Origin: Candidatus Poribacteria bacterium | GTDB lineage: Bacteria > Poribacteria > WGA-4E > UBA9662 | NCBI GenBank assembly: GCA_046582655.1 | Contig: JAYGDX010000027.1 | Coordinates: 77,902-141,901, forward strand | Direction of reading: 5' to 3' | Length of the DNA: 64,000 bases | Part shown: positions 39,460 to 49,988 of the stretch, piece after piece | Layout: every line of letters starts with the position of its first letter | How positions within the stretch are numbered: position 1 is the stretch's first letter | Notes under the pieces: generated by a model | What the model saw: the letters and a program-made list of their open reading frames with translations, nothing else | What the model was told of the DNA's origin: nothing | The model's database searches: none | Made by a program: the position numbers and the translations under genes

Positions 39460-40731
39460 CTAATTACTAAGAATTTGACGACGGGATTTCTTGACAGCTT
39501 CTTGACGTTCGTCTTTTGTTAATCCGTAGGCATGAGTTAGCATGTATCTGTCTGCTTCAGTAAGGGTGACTTTTCTACGACCCATCGCCGTCTCAGCAGT
39601 TTGGAGAAGCTTTCTTAAACCGAACCCTTTAAAGGTTTTACCATTAGCGAACAGGCAAAAAGAGGGCACTGTCTTGGGCAGAATCTCGCTTCCTCCGAGG
39701 ATATTGGTCATCATTCCAACGATTGAACCGGTATTAAATAGTGTCCCAATACTTGTCTTGGTATGGTCACCAATAAAGCTCCCTACTTTGGTATCATTGG
39801 TGTTGATAAGCTGACCATTTAGTTTAACTTCTACAGCCGAATAGTCGTTTTTTAAATCACTATTAGTGGTCAAAGCACCCAAATTAACCCATTCGCCAAC
39901 GTAAGCATGCCCCAAGAAACCATCATGGTACTTGTTTGAGTAGCCGTGGATGATGGATTCTTCCACTTCGCCGCCAACACGGCAGACTGGGCCGATGCTG
40001 CATCCTTCACGAATCTTGCCGCCGACGATCTGTGTATCCTGACCCAAAAAGCAAGGCCCTTCAATGCGCGAGTGTGGAAAGATCGTTACTCCGTCTTCGA
40101 TGATAATTGGTCCACCGGTAGAGTCGAGCACCACCATCGGATGAATAACTGCCTTGGATGCAACGAACACTTGAGACTCATCTCCATATACGCAAGACAA
40201 GTCATGCATTTCACCATGTACACCAGTCCGTCCCAGGATCTGAAAGTCAGCAACTAAAGCTTCAGAATTATGATGAACAATATTCCAACAGTATGAGACC
40301 AACTCCTCTTCGACTGTTCTCTGAGGAAGAACCTCGAGAACCGCATTCAGGAACTCATCCAGGTCTCGTCCGAGATATTTCCGGACTGTTTCTTGCTGCG
40401 CACGTACATAGACGATTGAGTCTTCTTTTACCCCAATTTCTTCAGGTCCTTCAGCTGTAATTTGGGTATTCATGCACAGCCATCTGCCATTGGCGAGGAA
40501 CAGGTCATCATCCAAAATTTGAAGATTATTGACCGGGGCATTCCCAACTTTGGTTTGAAAGGTATTAGTCAGGTAGTCACGTGTGAAGTAGGCAACGTCA
40601 AGATCGGAGAAGCTACGACGCAGTTTTTCCGATAAAGAAGTTGCTCCACACCGAAGCTCAAAGACTGGTCGAACCAAAGAAAGGGGATAAAAGTTCTCAT
40701 AGGTAGAGTCCTCGTAGATAACCAGTTTCAT
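39460..40731 (-). CDS. GlmU-like sugar-nucleotidyltransferase/hexapeptide acetyltransferase
   Basis: YPLSLVRPVFELRCG, GPVCRVGGEVEES, NKYHDGFLGHAYVGEWVNLGA.T.NSDLKN, GDHTKT; adjacent to nagB. Confidence 0.85.
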   Translation of the reverse strand: MKLVIYEDSTYENFYPLSLVRPVFELRCGATSLSEKLRRSFSDLDVAYFTRDYLTNTFQTKVGNAPVNNLQILDDDLFLANGRWLCMNTQITAEGPEEIGVKEDSIVYVRAQQETVRKYLGRDLDEFLNAVLEVLPQRTVEEELVSYCWNIVHHNSEALVADFQILGRTGVHGEMHDLSCVYGDESQVFVASKAVIHPMVVLDSTGGPIIIEDGVTIFPHSRIEGPCFLGQDTQIVGGKIREGCSIGPVCRVGGEVEESIIHGYSNKYHDGFLGHAYVGEWVNLGALTTNSDLKNDYSAVEVKLNGQLINTNDTKVGSFIGDHTKTSIGTLFNTGSIVGMMTNILGGSEILPKTVPSFCLFANGKTFKGFGLRKLLQTAETAMGRRKVTLTEADRYMLTHAYGLTKDERQEAVKKSRRQILSN

Positions 40732-40796
40732 TTTTTTATTTCCATAGTTAGTAAATTATTTCCCTAAGTGGGTGAGGACGGGAATGTACCAGTCAC

Positions 40797-41537
40797 TTAG
40801 TCCCATTCGAGTTGTAGGTTTACGGCGGCGTCTTCGGTAATGATCCAAGTAGCATCCGGATGCATCTGTAGGGAACTGGCAGGTATCGTAGCGGTAATAG
40901 GGCCTTCAATGGACTTAGCAATTGTCTCTGCTTTATTCGATCCACTAGCTAAAAGCATAATTTTTCGGGCATCAAGAATGGTTCCGATTCCCATGGTAAT
41001 TGCTTCGGTAGGAACATCTTCTTTTCGTTCAAAAAACCTAGAGTTATCGGAGATCGTGTTTTCTGTTAGTCTGACCTTTCGGGTTCGGGATGCCAGTGAG
41101 GATCCTGGTTCATTGAAACCAATATGTCCGTTAGTACCAATACCAAGCACTTGGTAATCAATACCTCCGATACCACAAATTGCCTTTTCATAATCTTTTC
41201 CCACTTCTTCAATATTTTCTGAGAGGCCGTTGGGAACAAAAGTACTGTCTTTGTTGATATTTATGTGATCGAAAAACTCCTGATTCATGAAATAGCGATA
41301 ACTTTGATCGTGGGTTGCTTCTAATCCAACGTACTCATCCAAATTGAAAGTAACGGTAGTTGAAAAATCAGGACCTGTTTCTTGGTTGCGACGGATTAAT
41401 TCTTGGTAAAGTGGTATGGGAGTGCTTCCTGTAGCTAGCCCTAATACGTATGGTGTCTTATTTTTCATATCCGTCTCAATAAGATCTGCAGCTACTTGAC
41501 CCATATGGTTTTTATCAGAAACTATAATTACCTTCAT
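40797..41537 (-). CDS. nagB: Glucosamine-6-phosphate deaminase
   Basis: LGLATGSTP, FNLDEY, GIGTNGHIGFNEPG, AITMGIGTI, PASSLQMH. Confidence 0.96.
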   Translation of the reverse strand: MKVIIVSDKNHMGQVAADLIETDMKNKTPYVLGLATGSTPIPLYQELIRRNQETGPDFSTTVTFNLDEYVGLEATHDQSYRYFMNQEFFDHININKDSTFVPNGLSENIEEVGKDYEKAICGIGGIDYQVLGIGTNGHIGFNEPGSSLASRTRKVRLTENTISDNSRFFERKEDVPTEAITMGIGTILDARKIMLLASGSNKAETIAKSIEGPITATIPASSLQMHPDATWIITEDAAVNLQLEWD

Positions 41538-41725
41538 ATTTAATTACCTAAGGGGATTCTAAAAATCTGAGGAAATGTTTATATTACCAGTACATGTCCC
41601 TATCTAATATCAAAATATCCTCCAGCACTATGGGAATTTTTCGGAACCCGGTAGGATATCGGATTATTACCGTAATCTACTAAAGATTTATAGGGTAGCT
41701 ATTGTGGGCCCCTTCTTAAAGCTAA

Positions 41726-41755
41726 ATTATATTTACTTCCTACTGGGGTTGTCAA
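41726..41755 (-). promoter_or_regulatory. Consensus sigma70 promoter of the nagB operon
   Basis: Minus strand TTGACA-18 bp-TATAAT, about 180 nt upstream of the nagB start. Confidence 0.75.
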
Positions 41756-42058
41756 GAAGTATGGTTAACTTCATCGGCCATCGACATTACAAAGTTAAGT
41801 TTAGAGCGTGAAAAGCTATGCGAGGTTACCTTGCACTGCGTCTCTAAGAATTGAAGCGTTCCTAATGAGTTCTACGATTTTTGAAGTAGATAATTTGGTG
41901 AACATGAAGGATATTATTAGGTTTTTTTACTCTTTCCCCATTGCCTTTTAATCTGGTTGGGACTTCAACGTAGGCTCTAACTCGTCCAGAACTGTTTAGG
42001 ATCTTAATACCTTGTATTTACAACTAGAGGTACTCTGAAGAGGTGTAGTTTAGTAATG

Positions 42059-42949
42059 TTAGGCTTGTAACAGGCAATTTTTCAGGAATTTCCCGCTTCG
42101 AGTCAAGCCCTCCAGCCGTCGATCGCCGCTAAAAACCGGATCTTCGTGTTCAATCACTACTGGACATTCAATCTGCCGCTCGTGACACATGGCCAACAAT
42201 TTCTGCCAATCGAAATGGGCGAAACCAGGTAGGCGATAGCGTCCCCAGTGTCCCCAGCCACTAGAACTTCGGCGGAATATGCCATCGTGTTTAACTCGAC
42301 TGTCGAAAATTTCAGTATCCTTAGCATGAATAATATGTACACGATCGGCAAACTCGTTAAGTGCTGCATGGGCGTCAATCTTCTGCCAGATCAGATGGGA
42401 TGGATCGAGTTCCAACCCCATGACTGATGAGGGCACAGCCTCAAACATCAGGCCCCAGATTTCTGGTGTAACAGCCAGACTAGCGCCGTCGCCGAAGGGG
42501 CCACTACGCCGGTTACCCGGCCAATTCTCAAATGCGACTTTGATCCCTTTACTTTCGGCTAAATCAGCTACAGGTGAGTAGATCTCTTTGTAGCGGGCAA
42601 CATTGCCCTCCAGACTGATTTCCGGATCATAACCTAAAGGTCCTGCACCAGCCATGATGGCATTATCCATTACCTTACAAACATCCATGATTTGGCCTAG
42701 TCGACCAAGTTCACCAGTAAGGTCATCTTTACTGGTTCGAATCGATGGCCACTGAATTAGGAATGAGGAAACGGTTAATCCGTTTTCACGCAATAGATTA
42801 AGTGCGCCTAAGCGTGCAGCTTGCGCCTGATCGGTATCCCCAGTCCACTCCATCGGTGGGCCGGAAATTTCAAGGCAGTTGAACGATGGATCAGCACTAG
42901 CAAACCTAACAATTTCTTGGCTGTAATTTGTCAAAAACCCCAGTTTCAT
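42059..42949 (-). CDS. Sugar phosphate isomerase/epimerase (TIM barrel)
   Basis: AFENWP, GLELDPSHL, HAKDTE, YRLPG, IEHED; AAGGAG RBS before ATG 42949. Confidence 0.88.
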   Translation of the reverse strand: MKLGFLTNYSQEIVRFASADPSFNCLEISGPPMEWTGDTDQAQAARLGALNLLRENGLTVSSFLIQWPSIRTSKDDLTGELGRLGQIMDVCKVMDNAIMAGAGPLGYDPEISLEGNVARYKEIYSPVADLAESKGIKVAFENWPGNRRSGPFGDGASLAVTPEIWGLMFEAVPSSVMGLELDPSHLIWQKIDAHAALNEFADRVHIIHAKDTEIFDSRVKHDGIFRRSSSGWGHWGRYRLPGFAHFDWQKLLAMCHERQIECPVVIEHEDPVFSGDRRLEGLTRSGKFLKNCLLQA

Positions 42950-42989
42950 AATTGACTCCTTTAAAATTGCATTCGACATATTATGGCGA

Positions 42990-43330
42990 ATGACTAATCC
43001 TCAGATAGATACTAGTTGAGGCATTTGACCATCTCTGAAATGTAGTTCGTCCCCTGGCTTTGGGTTTCCAAGATGTCAGGTCCATGACCTGCTTTGGGAA
43101 TACGTAGGAACTTAATATTAACGCCTGCTTGACCAAGTGCTTCCGTGAACCTCTCCAGTTGCGAAATAAGAACCACCTCATCAATTTCTCCATGGATCAG
43201 CAGAAAAGGCGGATCGTTAGCTATAAATGGGAGAGGCTTCTACGGCCCACTTGTATTCGATCGACTTGGGGTCGGTTTGATGGTCAATACGTATTCCTAA
43301 GAACAGCGAACAGGTACTCCGGTCTGGTAT
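42990..43330 (-). pseudogene. Alpha/beta hydrolase (esterase) C-terminal remnant
   Basis: Pieces AVEASPI / NDPPFLLIHGEIDEVV..ALGQAGV..IPKAGHG with a frameshift and stop; boundaries approximate. Confidence 0.7.
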
Positions 43331-43386
43331 GTTAAGTATGGTCCGAACATAAGTGGACTCGATAGTGATATGCAAGGGATCCCGCG

Positions 43387-44616
43387 TCAATATGTGTTTG
43401 CTAGTGCGTTTGCCACTTTATTGATGGCTGTGGCCATATCGTTGATATCGGATACGTCCATGTGTTCGTGGATTCCCATTACAGCTACCGTGCCAAGTCC
43501 ATGAACAGCATTGGGTACTAATTCTGGACCATAATGATACTGGCGCGAGACGTAGGGACTGTTAAATGGGAAACCGCTGTTTCCATAGGTTTTCCCCTTG
43601 GTCAGAAATCCGCCGCGCATGTAGATTGGGTCTTTGATGTAATGAGGTGACACCGGAACACCTTCAGCGGTGACGGCACGACAGAACTCCCCTGCATCAT
43701 GTTTAGTAATGTGGAAGATATAATTCCACCAAGATACTTCCCTATCTTGTGGCAGAGGCACAGTTTCGATCCCTGGTGCCTCTGCGATCTGATTGGTGAG
43801 TCGTTTGCCCAGTGTCGCACGACGTTCGACTACTGATCGGACTTTTTCCAGTTGGGCAATACCAACGGCACCTTGCATTTCGGTCATTCGGTAGTTTGGG
43901 GCTAAAAAGGCATGATCGCGATCGCCCATATACTGATAGTCCCAGCCTTTATCGGAAAACAACTTGAGTCGGATATAAGTGTCTTCATCATTGGTGATGG
44001 TAAACCCACCATCACCAGTGGTCATATGTTTGGACTGCTGAAGGCTGAAACAGCCCATGTGACCGAATGTACCGGCATAGCGACCTTTGTATTTGGTAGC
44101 GTGAGTTTGACTACAATCTTCGATCAAGATCAAATTGTATTTTTCGGCAATTTTGATAACCTGGTCGATTTCACAAGGATGACCGAAAAGGTGTACCAAG
44201 ACGATGGCACGGGTTCGGTCGGTAATGTTGGCTTCTATGGAGTCTGGTATCATGTTCAGCGATAGAGGATCGACATCGGCAAAAACGGGCACCGCATTCT
44301 GTATTAGGATTGGCATTACACTACCGGGATCAGTAATAGGGGCAGTGATGATCTCGTCACCTGGTTCGGGGTCAACAACGCCAATTGCTGTGTGAATGGC
44401 TGCTGTCCCACTGGTCGAGGCCTGGGCATGATTTGTGCCGTAAAAAGTGGCAACTCGCTGTTCAAATTCTTTGACAAAGGTGCCACTTTTGCCAAACAAG
44501 TTTTGGCTCCGTACGGCCTGCAAGAGCAATTCTTCCTCTCTTTTTCCAAACGGCGTCCGTCTGGGAAACGGAGTGTGTCGCACTTTTTCTCCACCATTAA
44601 TGGCTAGTGTTGTCAT
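43387..44616 (-). CDS. DegT/DnrJ/EryC1/StrS aminotransferase
   Basis: LAINGG, TSGTAA, IEDCSQ, FSLQQSKHMTTGDGG, NYRMTE. Confidence 0.93.
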   Translation of the reverse strand: MTTLAINGGEKVRHTPFPRRTPFGKREEELLLQAVRSQNLFGKSGTFVKEFEQRVATFYGTNHAQASTSGTAAIHTAIGVVDPEPGDEIITAPITDPGSVMPILIQNAVPVFADVDPLSLNMIPDSIEANITDRTRAIVLVHLFGHPCEIDQVIKIAEKYNLILIEDCSQTHATKYKGRYAGTFGHMGCFSLQQSKHMTTGDGGFTITNDEDTYIRLKLFSDKGWDYQYMGDRDHAFLAPNYRMTEMQGAVGIAQLEKVRSVVERRATLGKRLTNQIAEAPGIETVPLPQDREVSWWNYIFHITKHDAGEFCRAVTAEGVPVSPHYIKDPIYMRGGFLTKGKTYGNSGFPFNSPYVSRQYHYGPELVPNAVHGLGTVAVMGIHEHMDVSDINDMATAINKVANALANTY

Positions 44617-44773
44617 GACTGTACCAAAGTTGAGTTTTTCTTATTCTACCAGATATTATCAGATAGGACAATTATCTATAGAAGAAGGTTAATACATGAT
44701 AATATTTAGGATAAAGGCCTCTCAACTTTAGAGTAAATATTATCATGAGTAATATGTTCCAGGACGTAAAGAT

Positions 44774-46078
44774 ATGAAAGTCGCATTCGGCAAGGTTTCA
44801 ATCACGCCGCCCATCAATAACACCTTTCCCGATTTTTTCTTTCAGCCGGAGGGTGTGTTGGACGAGATTTACGCCAGAGCGGCTATCCTAGATGCAGGTT
44901 CGTCACCAGTCATCATCGTGGCATTGGATGTTCTTGGCGTTGGTGTAGCCGAGGTTGCGGACTTAGAGACAGCTCTCTCCGACAAAATCGGGATTGCTAC
45001 TGAGCGGGTATGGATAGCTGGAAGTCACAGTCATTCGGCACCAATTTTGTGCCCAATTGATCTCTATGGCGGATTCAGCCCTTATTTAACCGGACTGAAA
45101 GATCGTCTGGTCAGCTTAATTGACGATTTATTGCTTCGGTTGCAACCTGTCACTATCCATTTCGGTCGATCGACCTGCGACTTTAACGTCAATCGTCGCC
45201 GGATTGATGAAAACGGCAACTGCAGTATGGCTCCTAATCCGAATGGGATAGTTGATAAAAGTGTGCCGGTGATTAGCTGTCGCAATGTTGACAACACTCT
45301 GATCGGTGTCCTCTTCAGTTACTGTTGTCATCCGACCATTCTACTGGGGCCCAAAATTTCCGGCGACTATCCAGGTTGGTCACAACTCATACTGGAAGAA
45401 GAATACGACTCGGCAGTGGCTCTATTTCTTCCCGGTGTTTTTGGTAATGTTAGACCTCATCTCGACGCAGGAGATCGTTTCCGGTCAGGAACCGAAGCAG
45501 ATGTTATCTCATGCGGTCAGGAGTTGGCGGAAGCCGTGCAGGACGGTCTGCAAAATTGTCGCGATCTGTCGATTGATACCATCCACACTTGGCGAAGTAA
45601 ACCTCAACTGCCGATTGCCAACCCACTATCAAAAGATGAACTGGACCAGATAGCAACCCAGTCAATCAAATCTCAAAGACAGAGCGATTCGCCTGGGTTT
45701 TGGAAAGGTGGATTTCATGTTGCCCAACGACAATGGGTACAGCAGGTTCGATTAGAACAAGCAGAGGACCGTGTGTCAACTCATCAACCCTACACTTTTT
45801 CAAGGTTGCAACTGGGTGAGTTGAATTGGATTGGACTGTCTGGTGAGTTCTTCTTGGAATACGGTGTTTATGCCCAGCAGCTAGGAGATGCTGAGACCAC
45901 ACTGGCATTCGGGTACACGCAGGGATGCCAAACCTACGTGCCGACAGCCGAAGCCCTGACGCAAGGTGGATATGAAGTTGAGGCTTACAAACGCTGGAAA
46001 CAGAGTGCTCCCTTCGAGCCAGAAGTGGAAGAAGTGGTCAAAAAAGCTATTGCCGATCTGATGGTACGTCAACCTTAA
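44774..46078 (+). CDS. Neutral/alkaline ceramidase-like hydrolase
   Basis: ITPP, SHSHSAP, VNRR, YCCHPT, ISGDYPG, GEFF, YVPT..GGYE. Confidence 0.8.
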   Translation: MKVAFGKVSITPPINNTFPDFFFQPEGVLDEIYARAAILDAGSSPVIIVALDVLGVGVAEVADLETALSDKIGIATERVWIAGSHSHSAPILCPIDLYGGFSPYLTGLKDRLVSLIDDLLLRLQPVTIHFGRSTCDFNVNRRRIDENGNCSMAPNPNGIVDKSVPVISCRNVDNTLIGVLFSYCCHPTILLGPKISGDYPGWSQLILEEEYDSAVALFLPGVFGNVRPHLDAGDRFRSGTEADVISCGQELAEAVQDGLQNCRDLSIDTIHTWRSKPQLPIANPLSKDELDQIATQSIKSQRQSDSPGFWKGGFHVAQRQWVQQVRLEQAEDRVSTHQPYTFSRLQLGELNWIGLSGEFFLEYGVYAQQLGDAETTLAFGYTQGCQTYVPTAEALTQGGYEVEAYKRWKQSAPFEPEVEEVVKKAIADLMVRQP

Positions 46079-46089
46079 CTATTTTGAAT

Positions 46090-46660
46090 TGATGTTAATG
46101 TTGTGATTTGATAAACAATGAAATCGATGGTAATGCAGTGGCATGAGGGGGAGATTGTTGGTTTCTTATCAGGGGCTGACCCTGGTCGTAAATATCAGCA
46201 TAGTGATTTTATAGAACAGATGTCAAGTTTGAATCGAATGCTCAGTTTGCGGCTTCATTAGATAGCAATGTTGAAATGGTGCGGATGCTGGAGATTGGGA
46301 CCACGCCCTGCGGGGAACTTGACAAGATTGAGGCGGGTCCCGTGGTTAGTGCGCATTGGTTGCCAAGCATACTGATTGGGAAATCCAAGTTCATCATACG
46401 TGCCAGAAGGAATTCGATGGCTCCGGATATGTGCAATAACGGTCTTTTGCTGGTTGACCCAGCACATGAGGTCAATAACGATGATTTTTCATCGTGCAAG
46501 TTAATGACGAAATTACTGCTATGGGAGTGATACAGCCAGGAAATCGCATGATTTTGATGCCACATAGAGATCAAATGGTTATGGTCAACAGAAATTCGGT
46601 TATGTTACCACCATGATTCGAACATTCAGCAGGTTAATGCAGACATGGATAGCTAAAAGA
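46090..46660 (+). pseudogene. Probable decayed gene, possibly GNAT-like
   Basis: Coding-like fragments (HEGEIVGFLS; FFIVQVNDEITAMGVI) broken by stops; identity uncertain. Confidence 0.25.
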
Positions 46661-46701
46661 GGAACGGAACCGAGACAATTTGCAAATAAAAATACTCTGC
46701 C

Positions 46702-47625
46702 GTGCGAAATAATTCATCGGTCTTTCAATTCGGGCTAATCTCAGATATTCATAAGGATGTTATCCATGATGCGGACGGTCGTCTGCGCACCTTTATCCAG
46801 TCTGCGCAGACCAATCAGGTAGATTTTATCCTACAGATGGGAGACTTTTGCATCCCAATCCCAGAGAATCTGCCTTTTTTGGATATCTGGTACCAGTTTG
46901 AAGGACCCAAATATCATGTTCTTGGCAATCACGATATGGATGGTGATGGGCACCAAAAGCCAGATGGAGCTTACGCATTCACGCCAGAAGAAACAATGAC
47001 CTTCTGGGGAATGCCGACGAGGTACTATGCTTTTGATCATGCAGGCGTTCATTTTATAATCTTAGACGGCAACGACAAACCTGTAGATCCAAGTGGTTAT
47101 TATGAATATATTGCACCAGATCAAATTGATTGGCTAAAATCGGATCTGACCAACACAGACCTTCCTGTAATCATCTTTTGTCACCAAAATCTAGCCCGCC
47201 AGGACGGTTTGGTCAATCAGCCGGAAGTTCACGCTGTTTTTGATGGTGCCAATAAACAAGTGGGGAAATCAAAGATAATCGCCTGTTTTACCGGCCACGA
47301 CCACCGAGACTACGTACGTCAACTGGATGGGATTATCTATGCTCAGATCAATAGCGCCTCCTACCACTGGTTGGGAGGTGATTACATTTGTCAAAGGTAT
47401 AGCCAGAAGATCGATGTCCAGTACCCGTATATCAAGTATACTTTGCCTTACAGAAATGCACTTTATGCTATCGTAACAGTCAACATGGCTGAGCGATTCA
47501 TCAAGATTGAAGGTATAGAAAGCGAATTTGTCGGTCCACCTCCTTGGGAATTGGATGATACGCCCAAGAATTTGGATACTGAATCATTAAATCCTGCAAT
47601 TTCAGGTTGGCAGTTATCATTCTGA
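46702..47625 (+). CDS. Calcineurin-like metallophosphoesterase
   Basis: SDIH, MGDF, LGNHD, FCHQ, GHDH. Confidence 0.9.
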   Translation: MRNNSSVFQFGLISDIHKDVIHDADGRLRTFIQSAQTNQVDFILQMGDFCIPIPENLPFLDIWYQFEGPKYHVLGNHDMDGDGHQKPDGAYAFTPEETMTFWGMPTRYYAFDHAGVHFIILDGNDKPVDPSGYYEYIAPDQIDWLKSDLTNTDLPVIIFCHQNLARQDGLVNQPEVHAVFDGANKQVGKSKIIACFTGHDHRDYVRQLDGIIYAQINSASYHWLGGDYICQRYSQKIDVQYPYIKYTLPYRNALYAIVTVNMAERFIKIEGIESEFVGPPPWELDDTPKNLDTESLNPAISGWQLSF

Positions 47626-47803
47626 TGGCGATATGGTGAAAAATAAGCGTGTATGAATACTCTGCTGTGGAATCTATTTTGAACGGATTGATTGACTGAA
47701 TATGGGTTATGAAAGGTGTTGGCATATGTCAAACAGATGGAAACATCCTGCATGATTATCATTCGTTATATTCAAATATAAAGGTGGTTGAGGAAAGTCT
47801 CAA

Positions 47804-49012
47804 ATGAATGAAAAGCAACGTCGAGATATTCTTAAAATGTATAGACCCCAACAATTGTTTCCTGCCGAACCCAACTTGGGAGCTTGGTACACAGAAGAAG
47901 AGGTAAAGGTTGCCACAAAGGCCATTCGTGATTCCATGGACTGGCGGATTGGATTTGGATTCATCGTTGATGAAATCCTTGACTTCGAGCAGTCCTTTGC
48001 CAATTATTGTGGCACTGAATTCGCAATTTCACTTAGTACTGCGAGTGTTGGACTCGATCTAGCGATGGGCAGTCTTGATTTGGAACCAGGAGATGAGGTT
48101 ATCTGTCCAGCTATCAATTTCAAAGCGTCACCGCTAGCTGTGTTGGGGCAACGAGCGAATCTGGTGTTTTGCGAGATCGACCCACGCACTTTTAACTGTG
48201 ACCCTGCTGACCTTGAACAACGGATTACTCCGAAAACACGAGCGATCTTTCCAGTTCACATGAATGGTCTTTCTGCACCAATGGATGATCTATTGGATAT
48301 CGCCGAGTGTCATCCACACCCGATTCACGGCCCTCTGAAAGTGATTGGCGACGCAGCCCGTGCTTGTGGTGGTGGATATAAAGAAACCAAGGTTGGAAAG
48401 AAAGGTTGGATGAACGTGTTCAGCTTCCACACAATGAAACTGATGACGACGCTTGGGGAGGGTGGTATGATTACTACAGATGATGCAGAATTGGCAAAAC
48501 GCTTACGCGGGATTCGGCAGTGGGGCAATGATTCTGGAACTTGGGGATCAAGCTATAAGATGACCAAAGTGCAAGCGGCTGTAGGGAGCGTGCAGTTACG
48601 TCGTCTTGATGCTATGATCGAGCAACGTGTGAAACGCGCCCACGACCGCTTGCAGATGTTAGAAGGGATACCGGAACTTACTTTAACATTTGAACCGCCA
48701 GACTGTGATCATACATTCTATTTATTTACGCTGTTAGTTCCCCCCAAATGGGGAGGAGAAAAGCGGGATCGGCTTTGTCAAATGCTTCGGGAGGAATATA
48801 ACGTTGGCACGATGGTGGCAAATCCTCCTGTTTGGGAAGCCCAACCGTACATTCATGCGCAAACCGCCGGTCAGATAGAAACGCTCCCAGTCTCGGTGGA
48901 AACGGCGAAACGATTATTTTGTATCTCGTTGCATCCATTAATGAATGAGGAGGAAAACACATATGTCGCCGCTGCCATTTGGGATGCAGTTGAGAGGGTG
49001 AGAAAGATATAG
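47804..49012 (+). CDS. DegT/DnrJ/EryC1/StrS aminotransferase
   Basis: PGDEVICP, PVHMNG, DAARACG, FSFHTMKLMTTLGEGG, YKMT. Confidence 0.92.
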   Translation: MNEKQRRDILKMYRPQQLFPAEPNLGAWYTEEEVKVATKAIRDSMDWRIGFGFIVDEILDFEQSFANYCGTEFAISLSTASVGLDLAMGSLDLEPGDEVICPAINFKASPLAVLGQRANLVFCEIDPRTFNCDPADLEQRITPKTRAIFPVHMNGLSAPMDDLLDIAECHPHPIHGPLKVIGDAARACGGGYKETKVGKKGWMNVFSFHTMKLMTTLGEGGMITTDDAELAKRLRGIRQWGNDSGTWGSSYKMTKVQAAVGSVQLRRLDAMIEQRVKRAHDRLQMLEGIPELTLTFEPPDCDHTFYLFTLLVPPKWGGEKRDRLCQMLREEYNVGTMVANPPVWEAQPYIHAQTAGQIETLPVSVETAKRLFCISLHPLMNEEENTYVAAAIWDAVERVRKI

Positions 49013-49189
49013 ATTTTTGGGTGCTAATCGCAATTGTCGCTAACAGAAATATCTTCCTTACTTCATTGGAGAGGGCGGCATCATACAAATCCGAACGGGT
49101 GCTTGATGGAATTGTTGTTCAGGGATTAAACATAGTCTTGACCAAGAAGTTTATTTTATAAAACTAGTATTTATTCAATTGTTATTGTC

Positions 49190-49880
49190 ATTTGAGTACC
49201 ATATGGCCCGAATGTCTGATTAGGTTTTAGACAAAGAAGTTGCAGCATGGTACTCGCCTGATTCTGTTTACAGTTTAACGTCTCACCCATTTGGCACGCT
49301 TCATATTGGACATCAGCAAGTTAGTAAGTTGTGCTCTCTCCAAAACAATCAGGAATGATGGCGTCAACTGGAGATTGACCATGTCCAGCTTTTGGTTGAC
49401 GATCTCTCTTGCATCTACTATCATCAACGTGAGTAGGAACTTCCAGACCTACTGAGTTCATCTATCTAAATGGTCTCCACTTATAGAATACCTATTAGAT
49501 ACTCCTAGATGTATAATAAATTTACTGTCATAATCGGGCCGGATATAACCATCCGCGACTTGCTAGAACTAGATGAAGTCTTCCGGTCTAGATCCTTGTC
49601 CGGATGCACACTGAGCGACACCGAAATCTGTAACTCAAATTATTGCTGAACCGGATTTAGACCACTGTCCAATTGGATTCTTGTTTCAGGAAGAGGACCC
49701 TACACTGAGAAGAAGAACACTATTTCGTTGGAAGGGGAGGCCTCTACCTGTGCCTGATTGAGGGTAAGGAGGACAAAAAGGGGGCTTTTTAATGCCAAGA
49801 GTGAGGGTGCAATTATCACTCAGGATGGTGTTTGATAGACCACCGAATGGAAGCATGTGTACGAAATTTATCCCCGGTGC
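49190..49880 (-). pseudogene. Heavily decayed enolase-superfamily (epimerase/cycloisomerase-like) gene
   Basis: Ordered minus-strand fragments GTGRGLP, GYIRPDYD, EVPTHVDDS, AREIVNQKLDMVNLQL, QMGET, HAATS in shifting frames; boundaries approximate. Confidence 0.35.
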
Positions 49881-49988
49881 ATTGCCAACGTGGATGACAA
49901 GTATTGTAATGATGCATGAAGCGACTTGATTTTCCGTAGTCAAGATATAAGGCGCGATTATCTTGCTACTAACTTCAGAGGACAGGAA

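Noticed and set aside
41590-41700. Canonical purine riboswitch, glmS ribozyme or 6S RNA call
   Set aside because: Only a short string resembles the purine aptamer; P1/P2 and the glmS core are not satisfied. Kept only as an unclassified candidate leader.
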